Shown here piece by piece: positions 18,401-25,139 of a DNA stretch of 33,824 nucleotides. The stretch comes from an uncultured Ignavibacteriales bacterium (lineage in GTDB: Bacteria; Zixibacteria; MSB-5A5; GN15; FEB-12). Numbering within the stretch: the first letter of the stretch is position 1; the number at the start of each line of letters is the position of its first letter. The stretch spans positions 5,464 to 39,287 of the forward strand of contig CAZXRO010000002.1 of NCBI GenBank assembly GCA_964642435.1. Direction: 5' to 3'. The notes beneath the pieces are model-generated. The model did not search any database and was not told where the DNA came from. It was given only the letters and a program-made list of their open reading frames with translations. Both the position numbers and the translations under genes were made by a program.

Positions 18401-19085
18401 AAAGGTCTTTCATCACGACCATGCCGTGGTCATAGGCAAGCTTTCCCTCGGCGGAGTTCAAGCGGTAGCGTTCATCCTCCGTAACGAAGGACATGCGCTG
18501 CAGGTCAAGCGAGATCAGCCCGCGGTCGATCTGCATGGCAGCCTGCAGTGCAAAGTCGAGGAAACGCAGCGTATCCGCGGGGCGCGCTATGGTCAGGGTG
18601 ACATGGTTGAGCTGGAGTTCGCGGATTGTCGCTGCGAAACCCTCGGTATCGGCCTTGTCCGGCTGAGACTCTTCTGTGTCTCCGGCCTGAGTGGCTGACG
18701 GCAGCAGCCAGTTACCGGAGGAGTCCTGACGCAAGGTGAGGTCGAGCGTATCAAAGCTTGCCAGGGAAGAAACGAAGTCCTCTGTGATCAGATTGAGCAG
18801 TGAGTACTTGATCGTGGCGTGTCGCAGATCAACAAGGCGATAGGCAGTCGCTGAGTCACGGTAGAAGACTTCGATGTCGGTTAGTTCAATGTCGGCCAGA
18901 ACGCCGCCTCGCATTTCACCAATACGGAGATCAAGCTTGTACTGTGAAAGGTTGAGCTTGTCGAGTTGCCGAGCCACGACGCCCTCTATACCCCCCCACC
19001 AGAACAGGTAGAAGTAGACTATTACTACACCCGTCAGGGCGAAGGCCACGAGGCTCCACAGAATTGGTCTCAGCCTAAGCTTCAT
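15498..19085 (-). CDS. tamB: Translocation and assembly module protein TamB (AsmA-like, DUF490 C-terminus)
   Basis: 1195 aa. There is a single N-terminal TM segment (ILWSLVAFALTGVVIVYFYLFWW) and a long beta-rich body. The C-terminus KITLGFYTTPNLYVYGRSG...EVGFEYRFSKSLILEGRRDEDELYHINLKAHLEF is typical of the TamB/DUF490 domain. It is immediately followed by an Omp85 gene. Confidence 0.85.
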   Translation of the reverse strand: MKLRLRPILWSLVAFALTGVVIVYFYLFWWGGIEGVVARQLDKLNLSQYKLDLRIGEMRGGVLADIELTDIEVFYRDSATAYRLVDLRHATIKYSLLNLITEDFVSSLASFDTLDLTLRQDSSGNWLLPSATQAGDTEESQPDKADTEGFAATIRELQLNHVTLTIARPADTLRFLDFALQAAMQIDRGLISLDLQRMSFVTEDERYRLNSAEGKLAYDHGMVVMKDLSIVSNQTRLKLSGHGNLHQPVAFRVDFNADNVDVPEITGHFTKPIPGRLNLYGELMYHDGALDGSAHVAGDFSIFAFENTFMEFTLEDRLLAFDTLYGTILGRCAIDGHGFLDLGTKPEPYRLEANIRGFDLQQLVPHAMPSYLNGYIDLRGTALNTEDLQLRIDTRLYESTFDEYPIHEAEGELLVTTRDLMFVDPFRISWFENEFLVNGLLEYSDEIDLEVDCNLGNLDRYRNKLFISEPAGYATARATLSGSTADPDLTGSLVSDSLWIYGLYSSDFSASVDIDRFLNARKGKVSVQSRGGTVYDLKYDSLLAKMNTDSNLVYITGLSVTSKHADLSGTAIFDSEREPNRLWIDSVDIQLLDRSFYNQSRIVLDIDSTAFAIREGALGNERSRLSANGLVGFDQTMDLVLSIDNVAIKPWMTLLTDSLVLAGDLSCDASLRGSFDSPQFVLNGGIDSMVYKDIYLGELSAQLDYVDRVLQIDSLMIESLEGYYQATGQLPVDLAFSSDIVSRFPDESMSVSMKASDNRFDLVMSVLPDVEQMQGHFEADFRLFGRPDEPQLEGQAYIVGDSVNGQWVPAELKYFDLVDPFYADSFGVYMENNHIIIEDGQVYVRDRTKGGRPSYARIDGDLTLLSLNNIDYNLDITIPRGFPFRYELEDVEGRFLGNLHVEGSSPPTVYGDLTLISMEYRVEFATEEQGSPVMAQLSSEDSWNLNITVDILSNYWIKNEDIDAEFAGEITVQREAGRYRLFGELEIIRGKGFLFDKTFRIESGSYVTFQGAASFNPMLDIYATTYITGVRPAAGEEEPVTERIEIPVHVAGTLEEPEINPGEGSEFSREDLLPLIVANYSTSENLETSGQFGQRLSGLISSEMSRIGSRQLSQLGVETFEIDATPEGELDPLKAKITLGFYTTPNLYVYGRSGISGQTGQEVGFEYRFSKSLILEGRRDEDELYHINLKAHLEF

Positions 19086-19091
19086 GCGCTT

Positions 19092-19766
19092 TCAGTCTCT
19101 CTCCCTTGCGATGAGGTTGAACAGACGGCGGGCAGTCTCAAACCCCTCGCCGGCGGCGGGTCCCACATCCTCAATGACCTGACTGAGCAGTTTCGCATCA
19201 GCGCCGACATTGAGAGCTCCCTTCAGGTGCGAGTGCAGTTGTCGTTCACGGTTTTCCATCATCAGCATCGCCACCACGGCCAGTTCGCGTGCAACGGGAT
19301 CAAGCTCGGGGCGGGAGAGGACCTTTCCATATCCTTCAACAATCATCCATCGGAAAATCTCCGGGGCAAATGCCTCCACGCGGCTTTTCAGCAGATCATG
19401 GTTGCTGCCATAGACCCGTCGATAGAGCTGCAAACCGCGCTCGAACCAGGATTGGTATTCGTCTGGCGTGATGGCCTGTCTTTGTTCATCACGGGGCAGG
19501 TGGCCCAGGGACTCATCCAGATGCTGGGCTGCCTCGAGCATTCGCGGGAAACCGAGGAATAGATATGACTGCAGTACAATCTCATAGAGCTGGTGCTGGG
19601 AGATTCTGTGGCGAGTAGCGCACTCAACGGCTTGGTCCAGTATGGGCCTGCGGCATACAGCCACCGCAGCGGCATACAGGGCGAGGGTTCGCTCGGAGGC
19701 GTGGGTCTCAGCCTTGAAGCCGGTGAGCCGTGATTCGAGTATAGTGCCATGCGCTGCCGGGTTCAT
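19092..19766 (-). CDS. Carboxymuconolactone decarboxylase (CMD/AhpD-like) family protein, non-CxxC type
   Basis: 224 aa with two CMD-like helical repeats. LDPVARELAVVAMLMMENRERQLHSHLKGALNVGADAKLLSQVIE matches the PcaC-type pattern (..H...AL..G....) and has no CxxC. Its stop is 6 nt before the tamB ATG. Confidence 0.7.
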   Translation of the reverse strand: MNPAAHGTILESRLTGFKAETHASERTLALYAAAVAVCRRPILDQAVECATRHRISQHQLYEIVLQSYLFLGFPRMLEAAQHLDESLGHLPRDEQRQAITPDEYQSWFERGLQLYRRVYGSNHDLLKSRVEAFAPEIFRWMIVEGYGKVLSRPELDPVARELAVVAMLMMENRERQLHSHLKGALNVGADAKLLSQVIEDVGPAAGEGFETARRLFNLIARERD

Positions 19767-19800
19767 CAGCCTAAGTTAACGGCGCACGGCGAGTTGTCGC

Positions 19801-19840
19801 AACCGTAAAAAAGGGGCGCTCAGCGGCGCTGGCGCAATTC
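19801..19840 (-). terminator. Weak intrinsic-terminator candidate after the HtrA-like gene
   Basis: The minus strand reads GCGCCAGCGCCGCTGAGCGCCCC-TTTTTT-AC. This is a GC-rich, only partly self-complementary segment (a GCGC/GCGC stem of about 4 bp) overlapping the stop codon, followed by a T6 run. The stem is weak, so confidence is low. Confidence 0.3.
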
Positions 19841-21010
19841 CGCTTCCAGATGACCAATCGTGTGTTTGAGTTGCTCAATGACCCGCAGGAGTGAATCGGC
19901 GCGCTGAGCATCGATTCCGCCATTGTTGTGGGCTATCGCAGGGGAGGTGACATTGCCGGAGAGTGGAGCTTGACCTACCTGCAGGGAGGCAAAGAAGATA
20001 TGGCCGCGTCGCAGCACGCCGACTTTGAGTTTGGCCCCGGGGGGCATTTGACGCACGAGGCGCATCATGTTGGTGGCACTGGACACGTTGGTCTCACCGA
20101 GATTGAAGATAATATCGCCACGTCGAAGGCCGGCACGGGCGGCGGGACCATCGGCAACAAGTCCGGTGACCGCCAACCCCCTGTCAATGACGCGAACACG
20201 GCGGCCGGAGGTAGCGGCAGGTATCACTGAGCTGGTGGGACAGTACTCAACCGGAGGTGACAATTCGATTTCGACGGCTGAAACGCCCATGAAACCGGCC
20301 AGGCGGTCGCCGAAGCGCTCAAGATGTTTGACAATGGGAATCAGCTCGGCGGCGCTGATAGCCACACCGATCTCGGTCCGGTCGCCATTGCCGACTCCGC
20401 CAACAACCACACCGACCAGTCTGCCGGTCAGGTCGAACACGCCTCCCCCGAGGGAACCGGAGGTAACCGGAGCTGTGAACTGCATACGGCCATCGGGCCG
20501 AGTACCCGCACAGAAGCCGACCGACGGCGACACGCGGACCCCATAGGCATTGCCCAGGGCGACGACCATGCGACCATTGCAGACCTCGTCATCGGAGATC
20601 TCGGTTGGTTGCCCAATACGGTGTTGGGCCTGCAGGAGGGCTAAGCCAGTGTGATAGTCGACCCCGACCAGATGAGCTGGTGCCGATTGGCTGCCACTAT
20701 GGACAGTAATCTGCTCGCGATTGACGACCGAAGAGGCGGTGACGATGATCTTGCCGGTGGAATCATAGATGATCCCCGAGGAAATGACCTGAAAGCGGGT
20801 TTCATCGCCTGATCGGGCCAATTCTCGGGCGGAAACGGCGTGGGAAGCCTCGACGGTAACAACGGAGGCAGAGAGGCGTTCAATGAGCGTTGCCAACTGC
20901 GATTCCATTGTCTGGAGATCATCGCCATAAGTATGTGCAGTGGAAAAAAAGACCGCCAGCAGGGAGATAATCAGCACCCTCCGGGCGGCCTGTATACGAC
21001 TCGTTATCAT
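19820..21010 (-). CDS. HtrA/DegS-like trypsin-fold protein with one PDZ domain; all three catalytic-triad positions substituted (predicted pseudo-protease)
   Basis: Signal/anchor VLIISLLAVFFSTAHT. The protease-domain alignment to DegS/DegP is collinear, but TNxHV is TASSV, TDLAxL is TGLALL and GNSGG is GSLGG. The PDZ domain is GLVADGPAARAGLRRGDIIFNLG. A C-terminal coiled-coil-like tail is present. The ATG is 1 nt after the anti-sigma stop. Confidence 0.85.
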   Translation of the reverse strand: MITSRIQAARRVLIISLLAVFFSTAHTYGDDLQTMESQLATLIERLSASVVTVEASHAVSARELARSGDETRFQVISSGIIYDSTGKIIVTASSVVNREQITVHSGSQSAPAHLVGVDYHTGLALLQAQHRIGQPTEISDDEVCNGRMVVALGNAYGVRVSPSVGFCAGTRPDGRMQFTAPVTSGSLGGGVFDLTGRLVGVVVGGVGNGDRTEIGVAISAAELIPIVKHLERFGDRLAGFMGVSAVEIELSPPVEYCPTSSVIPAATSGRRVRVIDRGLAVTGLVADGPAARAGLRRGDIIFNLGETNVSSATNMMRLVRQMPPGAKLKVGVLRRGHIFFASLQVGQAPLSGNVTSPAIAHNNGGIDAQRADSLLRVIEQLKHTIGHLEAELRQRR

Positions 21011-21011
21011 T

Positions 21012-21695
21012 TTAGTATACCTCAGCAGCCTCCTTGGCAGCCGCCGCCTCCGGTGTCAGATAGACCCGGACCACGGGACGGACCTTGTAGTAGGTCGGGG
21101 CAAAGGGAGAGCCCTGCCGCAGGTGAGAAGCTGCGGACGAGGCCATGCCAGCCGGGATAACCTGACCGAAGTGGTTGGACACCACTGACTCAGAGATGCT
21201 GTTGATGCGATCAACATGAGCGAGTTGGCGGTTGAGTGACCATTCATCGGCCATCCGCTGAGTGATATTGGGGTTGTTGGTCGGCTGGGCAGTCAGGTAG
21301 GCGTTGTCGACATTGCTGTTGTCGGCAGCATGATCCACGTTACCCTGTGGTGCAAGCGCCACAACCACTGCCAGAATGACCACACAGGCCGAGACGACCG
21401 CCGGGAGGGCGCGTCCCCAGGAAAGGAGCGGGGCTGCTTTCGGGAAGTATGCCTCGGTCCGCGTTTCTTCGAAACGCTCCTGAGCGATCCGGTTCAGCAG
21501 CTTGTTGTTGAAGTCCGACGAAAGCCCCGGCGAGATTAACTCTCGCGAGGTTTCACAGATGGACTTATACAGGGCTGCTTCCCTTCGGCACACCGCGCAC
21601 TCAGCCAGGTGTTCGCTGACGGCAAGTCGTTGCCGGCTCCCGAGCTCATCCTTACAGAAAGCTGACAGGCAGGAGCGTACCTTTCGACAACGCAT
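21012..21695 (-). CDS. Membrane-spanning anti-sigma factor (zf-HC2 type)
   Basis: The N-terminal zinc-binding anti-sigma motif is CLSAFCKDELG...SEHLAECAVCRRE (H-x3-C-x2-C). There is a single TM segment (ALPAVVSACVVILAVVVALA) and a periplasmic C-domain. The ATG at 21695 is preceded by a strong GGAGGA SD located inside the sigma ORF, giving a 44-nt overlap. Confidence 0.85.
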   Translation of the reverse strand: MRCRKVRSCLSAFCKDELGSRQRLAVSEHLAECAVCRREAALYKSICETSRELISPGLSSDFNNKLLNRIAQERFEETRTEAYFPKAAPLLSWGRALPAVVSACVVILAVVVALAPQGNVDHAADNSNVDNAYLTAQPTNNPNITQRMADEWSLNRQLAHVDRINSISESVVSNHFGQVIPAGMASSAASHLRQGSPFAPTYYKVRPVVRVYLTPEAAAAKEAAEVY

Positions 21696-22278
21696 TATGT
21701 TCCTCCAGACGTGGCTTAAGCTTTTCTCTAAGCATCATGCGCGCCCGGTTCACGCGCGACTTGACCGTCCCCAGTGGTACATTGAGCACCTTCGCCACCT
21801 CATCGTACGGCAACTCCTCGACATCGCGCAGGAGAAAGGCCGTGCGGTACTTTTCTGGCAGCGACTTCACTGCCGAGTCGAGGGCCTGCGGCAGTTGGCT
21901 GGGCAGCTTGGGATCGACTGAGAATTCCGTTTCGTTCCCTTGCATATCCGTTATATCGTAAAATTTGAACCGTTTTCTCTTTCGAAGCTCATTTCGGGCC
22001 AGATTCAACCCGATTGTGTAAATCCAAGTGGAGAAACAGTGCTTGAAATTGAACGACTGGCGGTGTTGGTAGACCCGGACGAACGTCTCCTGGACGATAT
22101 CCTCAGCCTCCTCTTTGGAGGATAGCATGCGCCCGATAACGTTCATGAGACGGTCTTTGTACCGCTCCACCATTTCATTGAACGCGACCATGTCGCCATT
22201 CTGAATGGCCCGCATCAGCCGATAGTCTATGTCTTTTTCTGTTTCTTTTGCCATCTTACGTGTCTTTCGTGCTCTCAT
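21652..22278 (-). CDS. ECF (group IV, sigma-24/RpoE-like) RNA polymerase sigma factor
   Basis: Region 2 is DRLMNVIGRMLSSKEEAEDIVQETFVRVYQHRQSF...FSTWIYTIGLNLARNELRKRKR. Region 4 is LPEKYRTAFLLRDVEELPYDEVAKVLNVPLGTVKSRVNRARMMLREKL. An AAGGAGGG SD sits 8-10 nt upstream of the ATG at 22278. Confidence 0.95.
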   Translation of the reverse strand: MRARKTRKMAKETEKDIDYRLMRAIQNGDMVAFNEMVERYKDRLMNVIGRMLSSKEEAEDIVQETFVRVYQHRQSFNFKHCFSTWIYTIGLNLARNELRKRKRFKFYDITDMQGNETEFSVDPKLPSQLPQALDSAVKSLPEKYRTAFLLRDVEELPYDEVAKVLNVPLGTVKSRVNRARMMLREKLKPRLEEHNALSKGTLLPVSFL

Positions 22279-22471
22279 AGTATGGTACCCTCCTTGAAGG
22301 CAGAAGTTCCACCTAAGTTCAATTGGAGGAAAACCTTAAGTACTTACCAATCAAGGGCTTCCTGTCTTGCCGTAGTCTGCCTTCAGAAGAAATACCATCG
22401 AGTAAACGATTTCTTCCCGAAAATCGGGGAAAAACTATCAGGACCAAGCCATACGACGGATTGCCTGAACT

Positions 22472-23824
22472 CTACCAGAACAGGCTTCCCCAACCGGTAA
22501 GATACAAGCCTGCACCAGTTATGGCCAGGACAATCACGGGGATAATCAGGAGTCGGTAGACATGGGCTAAGTCGCTGCCAAAGAAGTGATTGGTGAGAAT
22601 CAGACACAGATGACTCGGAGAGAGCATCATGCCAACATAGCCTGATAGGTATGCCAGGAAAATGTGGCCGGGAACTATCTCAGGCTGAAACAGGAAACCG
22701 GCCAGGATGGTGTAGCTGAGAGCCACGAAGGCCGCCACCATACCGGTGAGCAGTCCCGCTGTGAAGCAGACCATAACGATCACCGGTTCGGGTGGAAGAT
22801 TGAGATTGGCGGTGAGCTCCGGGAGCGAGCTGATGGCGCCGCTGACCTCAAGAGCGGTTTGAAATGACAGGATCCCGAAAACGAGAAAGACGAGCTTGTA
22901 CGAAAAGCCCTTAGCCAGTGCGGCACGCAGACTGGACCAGGCCGGTCGGAACACTGCCATCATAACAAGCAGGGCAATCAGGACCGCAAGCGACATCTCT
23001 ATGCGGAGAATGCCGTAGAGAGTGATGGCCAGCAATATGGGCCAGACGGCCCTGAGGATTCCCACAGCAGCGGTAGCCAGATGGTAGTGTCCCTCATGGG
23101 GCGAAGGCGCAATGCGCCGAATGAGAAAGATCCAACCGAGCAGGGCCATGACAACAGCCATTGGCGCCTGCATGAGCGCGACCCGTCCGATGGGCAGTCC
23201 GGTGATGGCCTCGGTGAGGATGATGCCAGGATAGACCGGCCAGAAGAACTCGACCACATGGCGAAACCAGTAGTTGGTGGCGGTCTTGAAGGCGGGTGGA
23301 TGTGACTGTCCCGCGAGTACCCGTTCCACCAACGGTGCGGACAACAAGGCTCCGCCCGGCATGGGCATCAGGCCGATCAGGGGAGGCAACACAGCGGCGG
23401 CGGTACGGTTTCCTCCGGGAAGTTCCTTGCAGACATCGGACATGCGTTGCAGCAATCTGAGTTCCTGCAGCATCTGCCCCAGTGTAGTAATCAGGACAAT
23501 GACTGCCGTGAGAGAGATAAAGCGACGGGACTGAATCAGGTCCCAGTACCCCTTGAGCAAGCTGACAGGTGGCACCCAGAACAGGGCGGCGGTCAGCACG
23601 CCGGCGCCGAAGAGCACCACGCCGACCGGCCATCGGCGTCTGAGCGCAACCACAATCAGGACAAGCACGATCGCAAGTTTCACAGCATCCACAGGCTGCA
23701 GTATACGGTGTTCGGCGCTAAGTACCAGCGGAAAATGAGGTGATTCGTTATGGTGACTTGACTGTGGCAATCGGACGCATATGTTTGGTGGATGCACGTG
23801 CACAAGACAGCTGCCCCGACTCAA
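22472..23824 (-). CDS. Polytopic membrane permease, DUF401 / ion-transporter-superfamily-like
   Basis: About 10-12 hydrophobic segments run across the ORF. The overall look matches DUF401-type predicted transporters (from memory of the family, not searched). The start is uncertain. The longest ORF begins at a TTG at 23824 with 44 non-hydrophobic residues. A GTG at 23692 (VDAVKLAIVLVLIVVAL) would start right at the first TM segment. Confidence 0.6.
   Translation of the reverse strand: MSRGSCLVHVHPPNICVRLPQSSHHNESPHFPLVLSAEHRILQPVDAVKLAIVLVLIVVALRRRWPVGVVLFGAGVLTAALFWVPPVSLLKGYWDLIQSRRFISLTAVIVLITTLGQMLQELRLLQRMSDVCKELPGGNRTAAAVLPPLIGLMPMPGGALLSAPLVERVLAGQSHPPAFKTATNYWFRHVVEFFWPVYPGIILTEAITGLPIGRVALMQAPMAVVMALLGWIFLIRRIAPSPHEGHYHLATAAVGILRAVWPILLAITLYGILRIEMSLAVLIALLVMMAVFRPAWSSLRAALAKGFSYKLVFLVFGILSFQTALEVSGAISSLPELTANLNLPPEPVIVMVCFTAGLLTGMVAAFVALSYTILAGFLFQPEIVPGHIFLAYLSGYVGMMLSPSHLCLILTNHFFGSDLAHVYRLLIIPVIVLAITGAGLYLTGWGSLFW
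23758..23785 (+). promoter_or_regulatory. Sigma70-like promoter candidate for pabB-pabC (TTGACT-16 nt-TATGTT)
   Basis: Read directly: TTGACT at 23758-23763 and TATGTT at 23780-23785. The predicted transcription start is near 23792. That favours the downstream ATG at 23855 as the pabB start. Motif match only. Confidence 0.35.
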
Positions 23825-25135
23825 AGCGACCGGTTGCAGGCGATTTTCTCCTGCATGGCTGCAACGGAAGGATCGATCTGGCTGGACACGTCGCTGGCCG
23901 TCCCGAATCGAGGAAGCCGGTCGATAATGGCCCGATCGCCGAAGATCGTGCTGGCATTCGACCGGGGGTTGATCGGGGGCAATGCTGATTCAAGAGTTTA
24001 CAGCAGGCCAGGCAGCATCCATGACTATTTGCAGACACTCGAGAAGCTGTGGTGCGAACCGGGGTTGGTCTCGGTGGGGTACCTCTCCTACGAGGCGATG
24101 GTTCGTATGCTGGGACTGCAGCCGCCGGCAACACTCGCCGCGGCTCCGGAGGCCATGTTCTGCTTCTACGAGTCAGCGATGGTCTTTGAGTCGATGACGA
24201 ACGATCCTGTGATAACGTGGCCGGAGGCTGACGACTACGCCGACGTGCTCATTCGAACCCGGCATGAAGACAATTCTGTGCAGGGACGTCCCTGCCTGGC
24301 GGCGCTGGCGAGTATGCGGGTCGAGGACTATGAGAACAAGGTGGAGCGAATCAAGGCGCACATCCGGGAGGGGGATATTTATCAGGCCAATTTGACGACG
24401 CGATTTGATATTGAGAGTGATACTTCCCCCTGGGATGTCTACAGGCACCTTCGGGTCAACAACCCGGCACCCTTTAGTGCCTTTATGAATTTCGGGGCGT
24501 TTCAGGTCATCAGTTGTTCGCCAGAGCGCATGTTCGCGCTCGAAGCAACTGGACGGGTGACGACAGCTCCTATCAAGGGGACGATCGCTACCGGGATGAC
24601 GGAAAACGAGCAGCAGCGTAATGTGGCACGACTCATGACGTCGGAGAAGGATCGCGCGGAGTTGCTGATGATTGTCGATCTGCTTCGTAATGACCTGGGC
24701 AGAGTAGCCCGGACGGGTTCGGTGCGGGTGGACAGCTTGTTTCGTCCGGAGCGATATGCCGGCGTGACGCACCTGGTGGCCGACATCTCCGCAGAATTGG
24801 CAGACGGAACCACACTGGCCACGCTCCTGACTGCCCTGTCGCCCGGAGGATCAATAACCGGCGCGCCGAAACGTCGCGCGGTCGAAATCCTGATGGAGTT
24901 GGAGACAGTTCCACGTGGGTTGTACACGGGGTGTATCGGCTGGGTGTACCAGGGGCGGGCTGAGTTCAACATTGCAATTCGCACGATGGTGCACGATCAT
25001 GGGGTCTATCATGTGCATGCCGGCGGCGGGATTGTCGCCGACAGCGATGCAGAGAATGAGCGGCAGGAGCTCCTGCTCAAGGCAGCACGGCTGTTCGCTG
25101 CCCTGGGTGTACGGCCAGAAGCGATGGGATGGTAA
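23792..25135 (+). CDS. pabB: Aminodeoxychorismate synthase component I (chorismate-binding enzyme, PabB/TrpE family)
   Basis: Motifs GDIYQANLTTRF, SPERMF, PIKGT, LLRNDLGRV, GGSITGAPKRRAVEILMELE, PRGLYTGCIGW, FNIAIRT and GGGIVADSDAENERQELLLKA. It is followed by a class IV aminotransferase/ADC-lyase gene, which favours PabB over TrpE. The likely true start is the ATG at 23855 (MAATEGSIWLDTS). Confidence 0.88.
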   Translation: MHVHKTAAPTQSDRLQAIFSCMAATEGSIWLDTSLAVPNRGSRSIMARSPKIVLAFDRGLIGGNADSRVYSRPGSIHDYLQTLEKLWCEPGLVSVGYLSYEAMVRMLGLQPPATLAAAPEAMFCFYESAMVFESMTNDPVITWPEADDYADVLIRTRHEDNSVQGRPCLAALASMRVEDYENKVERIKAHIREGDIYQANLTTRFDIESDTSPWDVYRHLRVNNPAPFSAFMNFGAFQVISCSPERMFALEATGRVTTAPIKGTIATGMTENEQQRNVARLMTSEKDRAELLMIVDLLRNDLGRVARTGSVRVDSLFRPERYAGVTHLVADISAELADGTTLATLLTALSPGGSITGAPKRRAVEILMELETVPRGLYTGCIGWVYQGRAEFNIAIRTMVHDHGVYHVHAGGGIVADSDAENERQELLLKAARLFAALGVRPEAMGW

Positions 25136-25139
25136 CGCG

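Noticed and set aside
19770-19777. The 8-mer AACTTAGG (minus strand) occurs upstream of the CMD-tamB genes (19770-19777) and within the ECF promoter-like region (22312-22319), hinting at a shared ECF -35 box.
   Set aside because: At the CMD gene it lies only 3 nt from the ATG, so a -10 box and transcription start would fall inside the coding region and no alternative start codon is available. A shared 8-mer between regions of about 50 and 190 bp is also not statistically remarkable.
22279-22607. Small ORFs in and around the sigma-upstream spacer (22282-22500 +, 22323-22559 +, 22383-22607 -), and a hairpin TCCCGA-AAA-TCGGGA at 22415-22430.
   Set aside because: The ORFs have no SD or motif support and overlap the DUF401-like gene's 3' end. 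The hairpin has a 3-nt loop and no following U-run on either strand, so I do not call it a terminator.
24915-25139. A 75-codon N-terminal extension of the pabC ORF.
   Set aside because: It lies entirely inside the 3' end of pabB in another frame and has Cys/Arg/Ser-rich junk composition. Class IV aminotransferase homology begins right after the GTG at 25140.
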